Source: Hypanus sabinus
Taxonomy: Eukaryota
Assembly: GCF_030144855.1 (NCBI RefSeq)
Contig: NC_082708.1
Coordinates: 26,846,001-26,910,000, forward strand
DNA: 64,000 bases
Direction: 5' to 3'
In this document: positions 35,270-48,392 of the stretch, piece after piece
Layout of the letters: every line of letters starts with the position of its first letter
How positions within the stretch are numbered: the first letter of the stretch is position 1
Position numbers and translations under genes: made by a program
The notes under the pieces: generated by a model
Databases searched by the model: none
Seen by the model: the letters and a program-made list of their open reading frames with translations, nothing else
What the model was told of the DNA's origin: nothing

Positions 35270-38145
35270 CTGTTAGAAGTAATTGAGGGTTCTGAGTTGG
35301 ATGATCAGCCATGATCATACTGAATGGCGGTGCAGGCTCGAAGGGTCGAATGGCCTACTCCTGCACCTATTTTCTATGTTTCTATGTAAATTCTGTAGAA
35401 TTTATCTCCTTTGTTTTCCATCGTTGAGCTGTAAAGGTACTCTTGACCTAATTGCTCAAACTCTTTCAAAATTATAGTAATTTCTATGAAATGCTCCATT
35501 AGCCTACAGTCTTACAAACAACCTTGTCTCGAACTAGGGAATCCATGTTGTTATTTTTCTGTATCTTTTCCAGAATCAAATTCTGCCCTTGCCTACCAGG
35601 ATTAAGGACATTTGTGGTTCCATTCAGCAATCATTGGAGAGCAAAAGATACATAATGTTTCACAGACTAACCTTTATTAACAGTCAGAAGGACACAAAAA
35701 GGAACTTATTTCTACGTCCTTGTTTAGCTGCTCATTTGACCTGGGATTATAAAATCATTGAGCTGGTACTTTATAGTTAACAGTAAGAACTTCCTGCTTG
35801 TCTTAAAGCTGTCTCGACAATGATCTTGTAAGTCCATGTTTTCTCTTAGTTTACAATAAGTAATGTACCTTTTCAGAGACTAATTTTCCTGGAGAAATAT
35901 CCTTCAGCTAAGTGAAAATGTCAAAACATTGGTCAGATCACACTTGAGCAGATTTAGGCCCTATATCTAAGAAAGGATGTGCTGGAACTGGAGAGGGTTC
36001 AGAGAAGGTTTACAAGCATGATCCCAGGAATGAAAGGATTAATATTTGAGGAGCATTTGATGGTTCTTAATCTGTACTCACTGGAGTTTAGAAAACTGGG
36101 GAAGGGGTTCTCATTGAAACCTACCAAATATTGAAAGGCATGGATAGAGTGGATGTGGTGAGGATGGTTCTAATAGAGGGAGAGTCTTAAACCTGAGCCT
36201 CAGAGAACAAGGACTTCACTTTAGACCAGAGATGAGGAAGAATTTCTTTAGCCAGCGAAAGTGAATCTGTGGAACTCATTGCCACAGACAGCAATGGAAG
36301 CCAAGTCATTAGGAATATTTAAAGTAGAGGTTGATAGGTTTTTGATTAGTAAGGGGGAATCAAAGGTTATGGGGAGAATGCAGGAGAATGGGGCTGTTAT
36401 TGAAAATAAATCAGCCTTGATTAAATGGTGGAGAAACTTGATGGGCTAAATGGCCTAATACAATTAATACAACCATAATGGTCTTATGGTCTTCTAGTTA
36501 ATTTTTAAAGGTTTTGTTATTCTCCTCCTTCAGTCTACATTCACCCTCCATACTCCTCTTTCACATTACTTAGGATTTCAAAAACTTCCCCAAGGTGTAG
36601 TGAAGTAATTATTTCTTTATCATATGTCTCAATAATATACAATTCTGGATAAAGTGGATCTATTTAAATCTCCTGTCAGTGGGCTCACACTATCTGAACA
36701 CACAGAGGCCTCAAAGACACTGATTGCGACCTTGTTATGGGACTTTCTTGGGGAACCTGTCAACTGAACACCAAAGTACTATCTCTTCCACCCGTGGAAC
36801 TTCTTGGATTATGGTGAATTGATTTTATCTACCTTGACCAAATTTTCTCGTATGTCCTGCAAATTGTTTTGCGTTCTTCCTCTCAGTCTGCTATATCCCA
36901 GGAACATTCCTCTTTAATCATTCCAAATTCAAATTATTTATTTGTGTGAAGTTCAAGATAGAATGGAATATTTTACATAGTCTCAGTGAGAAAATCACCA
37001 CACTTCTCCTCATTTCTATTCTCTGCCATTCAGCTGAACTTATAACAATGTTTTCACATTACCTTTAATGCCCTCTGCCTCAATTTTGTTGAAACTCTTG
37101 GGGTTTTCAAACAAGCACATTGATTCTGTGCTGTTCCTTCCTCCACATTGACTTGATGAATTCTATTAAATTGCTCAAGCATGATCAACATTTTGGAAAA
37201 AATACGTGTTATTTATTCATTTGTATCTAAGGAAATATTCGTCCATGTTATTCCAATTCATGGTGTCAGGAAAAATGATAAAATTGAAATATAATTTACA
37301 TGTATAATAATGTAAACTTATAAGAGTAATCTGTAAGAAAGAACAAGGAGCACTATTGTAAACCCTTAAGTCACCTCCAAGGGTTTCAAAATGGACAATA
37401 TGTGGACTATACTGCCATCTAATGCATTGAGTTATCACGATACCAGCTATTAGCATGGAAAGATTATTCTTAACTAAGCAACAACATAATCAAACAACAT
37501 TAATATTGCTGGTATTTTTAAAATACTTACTGTTAGGATAACTTCAAATGAATCTGTCATTCTCCTAGCTTCTTCGAAATGACGCGGTCTTCTGTTGGTA
37601 CAGTATAAATGTCAGTTTGTGTAATTGTACAGAAAGCCTGAACATCTGGGTGGAATCAGCAACTAACAAAAAGCTCAGGATCTCTCTCTAGTCCATCTCC
37701 TATTATATAAAAGCAATCTTGATACCCTTAGTAACGAGAACATTACTATGGCCTAACATTGCAGCCGATGATACAATGATAAACAAGAATCTTTTGTTTT
37801 CTTCCTGTAGCTCTTATACATTCAATCATAATCATTTAAATTGTGGCCACAACAGGATACGCTATTATGGGCAACCAGCATGGAGAATAATCTTGTTTAC
37901 TATAAGATCCCAGCTTCTTTTACATTCACCATTTTACCCCCCTTCAGAGTTCAGGATGAATTATTATTCAATTCAGAAAGATAACAATGCTCTCTGCCGA
38001 CCTGCTGGGAGATCTCTCTTGAATGTATTCAAAATAAATTGCTTTAAACCAGTTCCAAATCCATTTATTTACATTTTAATTTGTTCGATGCCTTATACAT
38101 ACATTTTAGAAGTACAAGTTCATATTTATAAACCAAGCATGTGAA

Positions 38146-38480
38146 GTCCTCCAAAAGGATCATAACCTTGCCGTGGGGTGGAGGCTCGCGTGCTTCAATG
38201 ACCTGGAGAGCTATGCTGGCTGGAGTCAGGGCCTTGTGCTTTGGCTGTTGGTAGGGTCACCCATACCAAACAGGTCAAAGGGTAGAGGCCTAACTAGAGT
38301 GATCGACCACCGGCCCTCCAGGTTCAGGGGTTCAGTTCGGGGCTAACAACCCTTACAGGTCAAAAAAAAAATTGTTACGGAGTCAGCAATAAAGAATCTT
38401 ATATATGTGTGCGATGGTGTGGACAGACAGAGATGGAGGGCCTTAACTGCTGCCCTAAATGCCAACGGTGTAATGAGCAC
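38146..38480 (+). mobile_element. RTE/Expander-like 5'-UTR-derived non-autonomous element
   Basis: accttgccgtgg..tggaggctcgcgtgcttcaatgacc..gagctatg..ggtagggtcacccat..aaacaggtc, typical of RTE-clade 5' ends as recalled. Confidence 0.6.
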
Positions 38481-38679
38481 TGAAAAGAAAGAGTGTGAGT
38501 ACATCTTTTAACTTGTAAAGTAATATGAATTGCCAAAACGTAATATGAGAATTCATGTTGAAAATCTAATGGACAAAGTGAATTGATTCTTCACCTTTAG
38601 AGATCATTACTAATTAAAACAGTTCTTATGAGAACTGAGTAATTGTTTGCATTGACCATTAATGAGCTTAGCAGCTTAC

Positions 38680-38929
38680 GCATTCGTGTCGGGGGTCCAC
38701 AGCATTGCAGCTCCCACCTGGCAATTCTGCCTCTGGTATTCGCAGAGAATACTGGTATAGGAAAGGAAAAGTATCTCTGGTGTTGCTAATACCCTGAAGG
38801 TACAATTAAATTGCATGGCGAACCTTCTGTACATTGCTTTATATTGCAACCTGTTTTGCTGAGCAGAAACCTGTGGATTGATAAATTGGTAAAAGCTCAC
38901 AGCAACAATACTTTTACTTGGAAAAGAAT
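38680..38929 (-). pseudogene. Intact-looking exon of the decayed gene (SFPSKSIVAVSFYQF...LATPEILFLSY...WTPDTN)
   Basis: Acceptor aatttcctcctag|, donor GC|gtaagc, 250 nt, phase 1 to 2, no stop. Confidence 0.6.
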
Positions 38930-39284
38930 CTAGGAGGAAATTAAATTAAGTATTGAATATGATGGCAATGATTTTCTGAAAGGAGGGTTGAAAGGGTTCA
39001 TTTTATTTGTCAAAGTATGCATGTACAATACAACTCTGATAGTCGTCGTCTCCAGGTCGCCATGAATTACAGAAAGGCCATGGGAACTATTGAAAGAAAA
39101 GACGTCAATCCCCCAACACCCCCCAACTGCATGAGAAAGAAGAAGAAACAAAACCAGCAAACCCCAAATCCCCCACACCCTCCCTCGTACCAAAAAAAAT
39201 CTAACAGATTGCCCACACGGAAATCAGCAGCTGGAATATCAAACCCCAAACCAGATAATAATATAAACATTAGTGAATCCAATC

Positions 39285-39585
39285 AGCACCATCGTAGTGT
39301 AGCGATTAGTGAGATGCGACTATAGCAAGGGGCATTCTGGAGTTCAGAGTTCAATTGCAGTTCCATCAGTAAGCAGTTTGTACGTTCTTCCCATGAACTG
39401 CGAGGGCTTCCTGCGGGTGCTCCAGTTTCCTCCCACAGTCCAGACCTACTGGTTTCTAGATTAACTGGCCACTGTAAATTGTCCTGTGATTAGGCTAGTG
39501 TTAAATAGGTGGGTTGTTAATTGGTGTGGCTCATTAGGCTGGAAGGGCCTGTACCATGCTGTATCTGTAAATAAATAAAATAAAT
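39285..39585 (+). mobile_element. V-SINE
   Basis: tRNA-like head, V-domain tttgtacgttcttccc...gggtgctccagtttcctcccacagtcca, (taaa)n tail. Confidence 0.7.
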
Positions 39586-42500
39586 ATAATAATACTGAGC
39601 AACAAGCACAAAATGCTGGAGGAACTCAGCAAGTTGGGCGACATTTATAGAGAGGGCTAAACACTTAACGCTTCAGCCCAAGACCCTTTATTCCTCTCCA
39701 TAGATGCTGCCAGACCATCTATGTTCCTTCAGTATATTGTGTTTGCTGCTCTGGCATTTGAAAAATCTCCTGTGTTTATGATAATGCTGAGGTTATTCCC
39801 ATATCTGAGTTATTTTCATCCTTTCAGTAAACTCTATCAGAATGATCAAGCAGTTGTGCTTCTCATTTTTTTTTGTCATGACAGCAATCAGCAGACAGGA
39901 TATTTGCTGCAATAAAAATGAGGGATTGGCAATTACTATCTAAACACTGAAATTTCATACCTAATAAATTCCAGCAGTTTACCAGAAATGCATATGCTCA
40001 AAATCTAGTAAGTATATATCACAATTATTAAGACCTTAACTCTCTCATAGGAGCAGCAGAGCAGCATCAAGCTTAAGCCGGTAGTTTAAACGGGTATTTT
40101 CATGACCAATCACTGCTAAGCATTTTTTAAATCAACACAATAAAGTTCATTTGAATCTGTGTTCCTGTTCGAGCTTGCTGGTTGTTGTCCATGCTATTTT
40201 GTTTCATATGTTAAATAATTTATTTTAAAGTTAAATGCAGACAAAATTTTATCATCAATGTACTAATACAAGTACATGAAAGGAATTAAATTTTGATGCA
40301 TTGATCAACTCTTAGGTCAGTATATACTGCTACTAAACAGAATTTTGACAATTGTAGATTTGTATAAATGACTTCTATGATGTAAAACCTCTCTACTTAT
40401 CAAGAAATTTTAAATAACTGTCTTATCTATTTTCCATTACTGTTTGTTATTGTCAATAGCATACTGTAAATAATAAAGCAATAACAAAAAAATGCATTTT
40501 GGCCTAGAGCAAAATATTTCATAATACTGCATCTTTCAATTAAATGTTAGCCTAAATTTTCCTACTTTTGCTTATATTGCTATACCTAACTATTACTTAA
40601 CTAATACAGTGCATCACAGTGTTGGTATTTTATCTATTTCTCCACTAGAAACAAAATACTAATCAGAAAAATCAATTTTCTTTTTGTCTAAAAAGTCTCA
40701 ATGAATTTAGTTTTTAATGAATACACATTTCTTATTTTCAAATGAATGCATGAAGCTTTTACTGTTTGAGGTTTATCTTCAGTTTGGATTGCTATATACA
40801 TCATTTGATCATAAGTTTACATGTGGACCCTCTATTTTTAGGATTTATGTTATAAAATACAGAATACTTTCTACACGTTATTTATTTATTAATAGTTTAG
40901 TCTGGTTTATCATAATCAGTTTATTTCTTACTCTGTTCAAATCTGCTTTGCTTGAATGCAACACCTTACCATTTACACTTTGACCTATTAAATCTAACAG
41001 CAAAGTCAATCACCATGTTGCCATCAGCCTTGCTATGATGCACCCTCCCTATCATACTGCTGTCCATTTTATTCATCACTAAACCTTGTTGCATAATCTA
41101 TTTTAACTAACTACTTTGAAAGAGCGCAGACAAAACTTTTCATGGATGTACTAAAACTAGTACAATAGAAAAAAATTCAACCTTCAGCAGGCCAGGCAGG
41201 ATCTGTGGAGAGAGAAACAAGATTAAAGTTTCAGGGTGGTGTCTTTTTATCTGAAAAATGTGCTTGCAATCACCAACTGAAACATTAATTTTTTTCTCTC
41301 TTGCTCCCCACAGACCTGCCAAGTACTTCCAGCATTTTGGTATTTGTTTATTATTGTTGCCTGAACCGATGTACAGAGAAAATCTTATCTTGCATACTGT
41401 TCATGCAGATCAAATCATTACACAGTGCATTGAGCTCGAGCAAGGTAAAACAATAACAATGCAGAATAAAGTGTAAAAGATGCCAAAGCGTCTGGTCAGC
41501 GTTGACCATGAATGTTCCATCCAGCTGCCTAAATATGCAAGCCAGGACTGTATGATATGGAGACCAAGCTGCGCATCTGATGAACCCAAAGGAACAACTG
41601 ACCAATACAATTTGGCACCAGAGATGTTGCAGAAGTTGCTGGTCAGTGTTGAACTTAGGACTGCCTTGGGCTTTACTCCTGAAGCCTTCCTCATGAGTCC
41701 ATGAGTGGGTGTAGCCACAAGGCAGGGAGTGTTTGAGATCAGAGTTTTCCTTCTCCTAGATGAGCTGCCAACCAGGGCTGACGAGCCCCATCTGCCTGAA
41801 GTAACTGATGGTAAGATGCCAGTAACCCACCTTTGCCCCTTCTCCTATCAGTAGAAATGGTTCTGCTGGGATTAGCAGCTAAGCCACACATGAAGGTCAA
41901 GAGCTGAACTTGGTTATCAGTGGATATTTGAGGCGCACGTCATTGAGAGCATTTCATAGGTAGTCGGACCCTGTCCTGATTACCACCCAAGGCTATAGCA
42001 AGCTTAAGGAATCTACCAAAAGTATGCAGTCCAGGTAGACAATAAAGTGCATGATCATAACGAGGTAGATTATCATAAAAGAGGTCCATTCAAGAGTCTG
42101 ATAACAGTGGGGTAGAAGCTGTCCTTGAGCCAGGTGGTGCAACTTATTTCAGGTTTCCAATACTGCAATATGTTTTCTTTTGGATTCTTATTCAGAGTTT
42201 TTGGCTCCAAGGCAATGTTCTTCTACAAAGACATCTAAATGTATTCTAAAAGTTCGATGCCTTTGCTATCCAGACCAGTCTATTTCTCCCCGCTGGAGAG
42301 ATTAAAGTGTTCCATTATGAATCATATTTCCCTAATCTCTGCATTCTTTCTCTTCTCATTGTGCCACTGCCAGCAAGAGGTCCATAGATAATTACTAGCC
42401 ATGCCTTGCACCCTTAACCTTTGGCTATTGAAGAAACTTCTAGAAATGATGCAATTAGAGAATTGTTCAATTTTAAGCTGTGTTTTCAGATACTGTAAGA

Positions 42501-43676
42501 TCTATTTGTATGAAGGTAGCTATTCAAGCAGACATCAACCTCATGTTCACGACCACATACTCGTACATTAACAGAAGGAAATTAGTATAAATATGCAAGA
42601 GCTGGTGAATTGAGGGGGAAAAGTATCACAATTTTCTGTGAAGAGGTAACCTGGTCATCTCTTCCTGATTGGTTCAATGTTTGACTACATTTGATGCAGC
42701 TAATTTTTCCAAAATTGTTGAGGAAACTACTTAATTGATGCAGAATACCAATCACCACTTTCTTAAGCCAATTTGAACAAGAAGTAAATCTGCCCTTTCA
42801 TCCAAGGAAGTTCAAAAATAAGTCTACCTTCCAAACTTTAGTGTCAAGTACAAATTATACTACGCACTGAATTTGAATATCAGTTAAAAAAAAAGTTTCC
42901 TCAGCTATAACACAGAACTGCGAGTGTTAACTTGAAACAGTACTGATAAACTTTCCCCATTTATTTTTCTCCAATTATTTATTAAAGCATATTCACCAAC
43001 CTTAGATACAGATCGTTTTCCATTAAAAGAACTGGAATGCCATTCTTCTTTCTAATCTAATTCTGAAAGCACAGTCTTCATCAACTTTAATTCCAATTCA
43101 AAAGGTGTAATATGTCTCTCCTGGATGAGTCCTGAACTTTAAAAGGATAATGCCTGCATGCTAATGGTAGGATAGTTTGTGTCACTTAATAAGGTTTGTT
43201 TGGATTCCATGGATACTGTAATAACCTTTCGTGGTTGACCTTGCTATAGGGGAATTCGCGTTTATCAAATGCTGACTGATCTCCGTGACTGAGCATTTAA
43301 TAGTTTATCATTAACAGAGGCATTATGTAAAAAAGCTGAGTCTGTTGAGTAGTCAACTGTTGAAGAAAGTCGTTTGTTCTACAGCCGCTGATCTTTCTGG
43401 CACATAATGCCCCATGCAGAGCTAAAGAGTGTGACCATTGTTTATCCATTAAAACAGACAGAAATGACAGTGGTCTCATGGAATTACATTCTATCCATCT
43501 GACCCATGATAACTCCCACCTAATTCATTCAACCCAGTCAGTACAACCTGCAACTCCATTAAAGGTTAGTCACTCCCTCTTACATCTATGTATGCTGTTC
43601 ACAGGATAAAGACAATAAGAGAAACTGTTCCAATATCTGCCATTGTTTAGCTGAAACTCATGTGGATTAGTACAGG

Positions 43677-43863
43677 CAACACACGCAAAATACTGGAGGA
43701 ACTCAGCAGGCCAAGCAGTATCTATGGAAAAACGTACAGTCGATGTTTTGGACCAAAAATGTCAACGATACTTTTTTGCATAGATGCTGCCTGGCCTGGT
43801 GAGTTCCTCCAGAATTTTGTGTGTGTTGCTTGGATTTCCAGTATCTGCATATTCTCTCTTCTT
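43677..43863. mobile_element. Palindromic Penelope-derived short element
   Basis: 14-bp TSD tggattagtacagg (43663-76 / 43864-77); inverted arms. Confidence 0.8.
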
Positions 43864-43873
43864 TGGATTAGTA

Positions 43874-43940
43874 CAGGGGTTCTCAACCAGGGGTCCATGG
43901 ATGCCTTGCTTAATGGCTTAAAAAAGTTTTGAAACCCCTG
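43874..43940. mobile_element. 67-bp hAT-type MITE
   Basis: TIRs CAGGGGTT...AACCCCTG; 8-bp TSD gattagta (43866-73 / 43941-48). Confidence 0.8.
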
Positions 43941-46900
43941 GATTAGTAGCATGTTGACGTTGGAGGGATGTCCATTTGGAACAGAAATGAGGAGGAATTT
44001 CTTTAGTCAGAGAGTGGTGAAACTATGGAATCCATTGCCACAGGCAGCTGTGGAGGCCAAGTCATTGGGGATATTTAAGGCAGAGGTTGATAGATTCTTG
44101 ATTAGTCAAGGTGTGAAGGGATACAGAGAGAAGGCAGGAGATTGGGGCTGAGAAGGAAATGGATCAGCCATGATGAAATGACGGAGTAGACTCAATGGGC
44201 TAAATGGCCTTTTCTGCTCCTATATCTTAAGATGAATGAGATTGCCAAATAGAAAGTCAAAGTAAATTATTGTCAATGTATATATATGTCTCCATATATA
44301 CTGTGAGATTCATTTCCTTGCAGGCATTCACAGTAGAACATATAATAGAATCAATCAAAACTGCACACAAAAAATACTGACAAACAACCAATATGCAAAA
44401 GATGACAAACTGTGCAAATACAAAAAAGACAATAATAATAAATAAAGTAAATAAATAATACTGAGATAGAAAGAGAAGTATGAGAAATGGAAAGAGTAGT
44501 TTCTGAAGTAGGAGAAAAGAAGAAAGGGGTTCTGCAGGAGTCGGTATTGGGGCCATTTCTTTCAATGCTATATGTCGGTGATCTGGGTGATGGAATTTAG
44601 GGCTTTGTGGCCAAGTTTGCAGATGATTCAAAGATCAGTGGAGGGGCAGGTGGTGTTGAGAAAGCAGATTAGAAGAGTGGCCAAGGAAGTGGCAGATGGA
44701 ATATAGTACAGGGAATTGTATGGTCATGCACTTCTGTAGTAGGAATAAAGGCAGGGAGAAAATTCAAAAACCAGAGATGGAAAGGGACTTGGGATCTTGT
44801 TGAAACCTATCAAATATTGAAAGGCCTAGGCAAAGTGAACATGGAGATGGTGTCTCCTATAGTAAGGGAGTCTAGGGCCAGAAGGCAAGACTTGGAGTAC
44901 AGGGATGTCCCTTTAGAAAAGAGATGAGAAGGAATTTCTTTATCCAGAGGGGGTAGAATCTGTGGAATTCATTGCCAAGGACTGCTGTGGAGGCCAAGTC
45001 ATTGGGTATAATTAAAGCAGAGATTGATAGGTTCTTGATTAGAAAGGGCATCGCAAGTCATGGGGACAACACAAGTTTCAGGTTTAATTATCATGCAACT
45101 GTACATGAACATAGCCAAATGAAACAGCATTCCTCTGGGGCCAAATACCAAAACACGTTACCAACAGCACACAGCACGCAGCATAAATAGCATATATGGC
45201 AACAATTTTAGAAAACATGCAGTCATAAAGAGAAAAAGATATACTGTATAACTCAAGTCCCTGAGCTGTCATGCTAGTTCTTCCACCAAGTGAACACCAG
45301 AGGGCAGCACTGAATAAGCATCAGAGATCAGCACCAATGGTAGGTGCCTGCTGTCAACCCAGTACAAAATCCAGTCAGCTCTGGTGACCACAACTGGCAA
45401 CTCTGAGGCATGGGAGCTTTATCCACGCAACAACCAAGGCAACACAACTCCCCCATTGATCACACCAATGAACCAGTGAACTGAACTCTGTGTCACTAAT
45501 GTCCAACAGGGTTTTGCGATAACAATGAAAGCATCCAAGACAATCACTCACAGCTTTTTTTGGACCGTACACCATCTCGGCACAACAGTATGCAACAAGT
45601 CCAGGCCGTGACACAATTGGACGCAGTAAGTCCAGCTCCATCACTATCAAGGAGTTCGTCGATGGGATGGTCCTGCATTATTGACGTTCTTGGTTTCCAG
45701 CAGCGATTTGTGATCGTGAAAGAGACGTACAGGATGAACAAGCACACCTTTGATTGAACCCGAAGTGGTCACCGTGTCTGGGCGCACTGCCATCTTACCG
45801 GAAGGGGATTGAGCGGGACAATAATCAGCCATGGCGGAATGGTGGGCCAAATGGCCTAATTTCACCCCCATGTCTTATGGTTTTATGGTCTAAGAAAGAG
45901 AAATAGAAAGAAAAGTAATGAGTCCAGGTTGTGAGTAACTGCTGATGTATATTGATATAATGGTTGTTTGTAGACCTGTCAACCGAAAGATTGGCTCTGT
46001 TGTAGGAGTGTTCTCATCAAGAACAAAGCACAGGGGAAATCAAATACATGACACATCAGAAAATATGGTTCCAGCTTTGAATGCATGGTGTCTGCATTGC
46101 AATGCTTCTGTTATACAGAATAAATGGAGCCTAAGTGTTTAGAAAATGAACCTCATGGTTGTACATGTTGTACTTTGATAATAAATTTACTTTGAATCTT
46201 GAGCATTGAAACCGCTTTTATTTTTAATATGATGGATAAAGAATAGTACATTGACGCACACATTCCTCTCTGCAATTCACCTAAACATCAAACGCAGAAG
46301 ACTATTCCTTCCTACAACTACTGAGACATTTCCCCTTTAAAACAACCTTTATAGCCTCTCAACTTTAACTGGTTGATGGATCTGAAGGAATTTTTTTTGA
46401 TTCTTTTATTTCTATTGATACTGTTAACTCATTCATTTCAAGGGAGTTTGCTCTTTCCATTTGATTGGAGTCATGGTCATAGAGTTACAGAGCACAGAAA
46501 AAGGCCCTTCAGCCCAACATGTCTATGCCAGCCATGAGGCCTTTCTGACTGAGTCCAATTTGCATATATCAGGTCCATATCTCTCTGATCTTTTCCTATC
46601 CATGAACATGTGAAAATTTCCTCTAAACACTGTAACTGTATCCTTCACAACCACTTTCTCTAGCAGATCTTTCTACATGTCTTCTATCACCTGTGTGAAA
46701 AACTTACTCCTCTGGACCCTTTTAAATCTTTCCTCACTCACATTAAACCTATGTGCTCTAGTTTTTGACTCCCCTACCCTGGGAAAAGGACTATGCTCCT
46801 CAGGAGTTTAGAAACAAATGTAAGCACACCCCTCATCTACATTCCAGGACAAATAGTCTCTACTTGTAACTTAAGGAGAGACTAGTCTTGGCAGCACCCT

Positions 46901-47250
46901 TGTGAATCTTTTTGGCATCCCCCTCTTCCTTAATCACCTGCTTCCTGTACGTAGTTTGGTGGCCAGAAAGGCACACAAAATTCCAGCTGAAGTATCACCA
47001 ACATCCTATACAGTTGCAACACGATACACCAAGTCTAATACTCAGCGCTTTGTCAGATGAAAACAAGAATGCTATATCTACAGTACTGTAAATGGCAATG
47101 AGGTTCACTCCCTGGTGAGCTCGTTGCCTTTTATGCTTGCTGTTAGGGAGTATTCTAGATGCATGTGAATATAGTAGATATCAATTCAAACAAGAACCTG
47201 TCATCAGTTCTTATTGTAAATTGTACACTGCAAGCAGTAAATAGAAGTGA

Positions 47251-47317
47251 CAGTATTGTGCAAAAGTCTTGGGCACCCTCACTATATATATGAGCCCAAG
47301 ACTTCTGCACAGTACTG
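47251..47317. mobile_element. Tiny palindromic Tc1-type MITE
   Basis: cagtattgtgcaaaagtcttgggc...gcccaagacttctgcacagtactg inverted repeat. Confidence 0.6.
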
Positions 47318-47438
47318 TACTTCTACCCTGGGTATCTCAGTTCTATAACACTCCCCAGGGGCCTGGTGTTTACAGTGTAAATCCTGCCCTGGTTTAACTT
47401 TCCTAAATGCTTTCCTGTCTTGCCCTCCAGTAACTTAC

Positions 47439-47564
47439 CTGTCATTGATGTACAAGATTGTAGTTCAGAGGATGTGCTCTCCAATGCATTGATAAAATTG
47501 TGAAAACATTAAGCGACAATGTAAGGTTACACAAACTCCTTTTGAGTAGCCTGACAGCATAATC
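47439..47564 (-). pseudogene. Upstream exon of the decayed gene
   Basis: Acceptor ...ccacgtgcag|, consensus donor CAG|GTAAGT, 126 nt; every frame contains at least one stop. Confidence 0.5.
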
Positions 47565-48229
47565 CTGCACGTGGTGGAAATTTGATGTTAAAAACAAAAT
47601 GATAGAAATATTCTGCAGGTCGGGAAGCATAATTACATAGTATTTAAATTTACACTCAGTGGCCACTTTATCAGAAGCACCTATACACCTGCCAATCAGC
47701 CAATCATGTGGCAGCAACTCAATACATAAAACATGCAGGCATGATCAAGAAGTTCAGTTGTTGTTCAGACCCAACATCAGAATGGGGAAGAAATGTGACC
47801 TAAGTGACCTTGACAGTGGAATGATTGGTGGTGCCTGGTTTGACTATCTCAGAAACTGCTGAGATCTTAGCCTGACAATACAGAGGAATAGAATAATAGA
47901 ATATTACAGCACAGAAACAGGATCTTTGGCCCATCTAGTCCATTCCAACCTAATCTGCTTTGTCCCATCCACCTGCACCTGCAACATATCCCTGTAAACC
48001 CCGTCCATTTACATGCATATCTGAAATTCTCTTAAATTTTGGAATTAAACCCACATCTATCACTTTCCCCGGTAGGTCATTTCTGCACTTGCAAAACCCT
48101 TTGGGTGAAGGAGCTGTCTCTCAGATACCCCTTAACTATTTCACCTTTCACTCTAAAGTACCTGTGAGCATTCACTATATTTTTAGATGTTAACACAGAT
48201 ACAGTAGAGTTTAATAAGGTAAATCTATT

Positions 48230-48392
48230 CAACAACAAACACAAAATGCTGGTGAATCCTGATGAAGGGTCTCGGCCTGAAACGTCGACAGTGCTTCTCC
48301 TTATAGATGCTGCCTGGCCTGCTGTGTCCCACCAGCATTTTGTGTGTGTTGTTGTTTGAATTTCCAGCATCTGCAGATTTCCTCGTGTTTGC
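48230..48392 (+). mobile_element. Penelope-derived short element with hammerhead core at 48259-48290
   Basis: 14-bp TSD aaggtaaatctatt (48216-29 / 48393-406); CUGAUGA-AGGGUCUCGGCCU-GAAA-CG-UC-GACA. Confidence 0.8.

Larger units (their letters stand above)
8037..47564 (-). pseudogene. Large decayed multi-exon gene (unitary pseudogene candidate), product unidentified
   Basis: AG/GT-bounded segments at 47439-47564, 38680-38929, 37531-37699, 34957-37162, 32020-32591, 29041-30035, 28892 downward, 24668-24872, 23376-23409, 22814-22898 and 8037-8291, with mostly compatible phases and long frames broken by sparse stops and TE insertions. Confidence 0.6.

Noticed and set aside
37531-37699. In-frame TGA codons read as selenocysteine
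   Set aside because: TAA and TAG stops are just as common across the fossil exons and no SECIS is apparent; decay is the simpler explanation
37719-38144. 141-aa plus-strand ORF with an apparent acceptor near 37810
   Set aside because: No recognisable motif, no partner exons, and it lies antisense to the fossil-gene region
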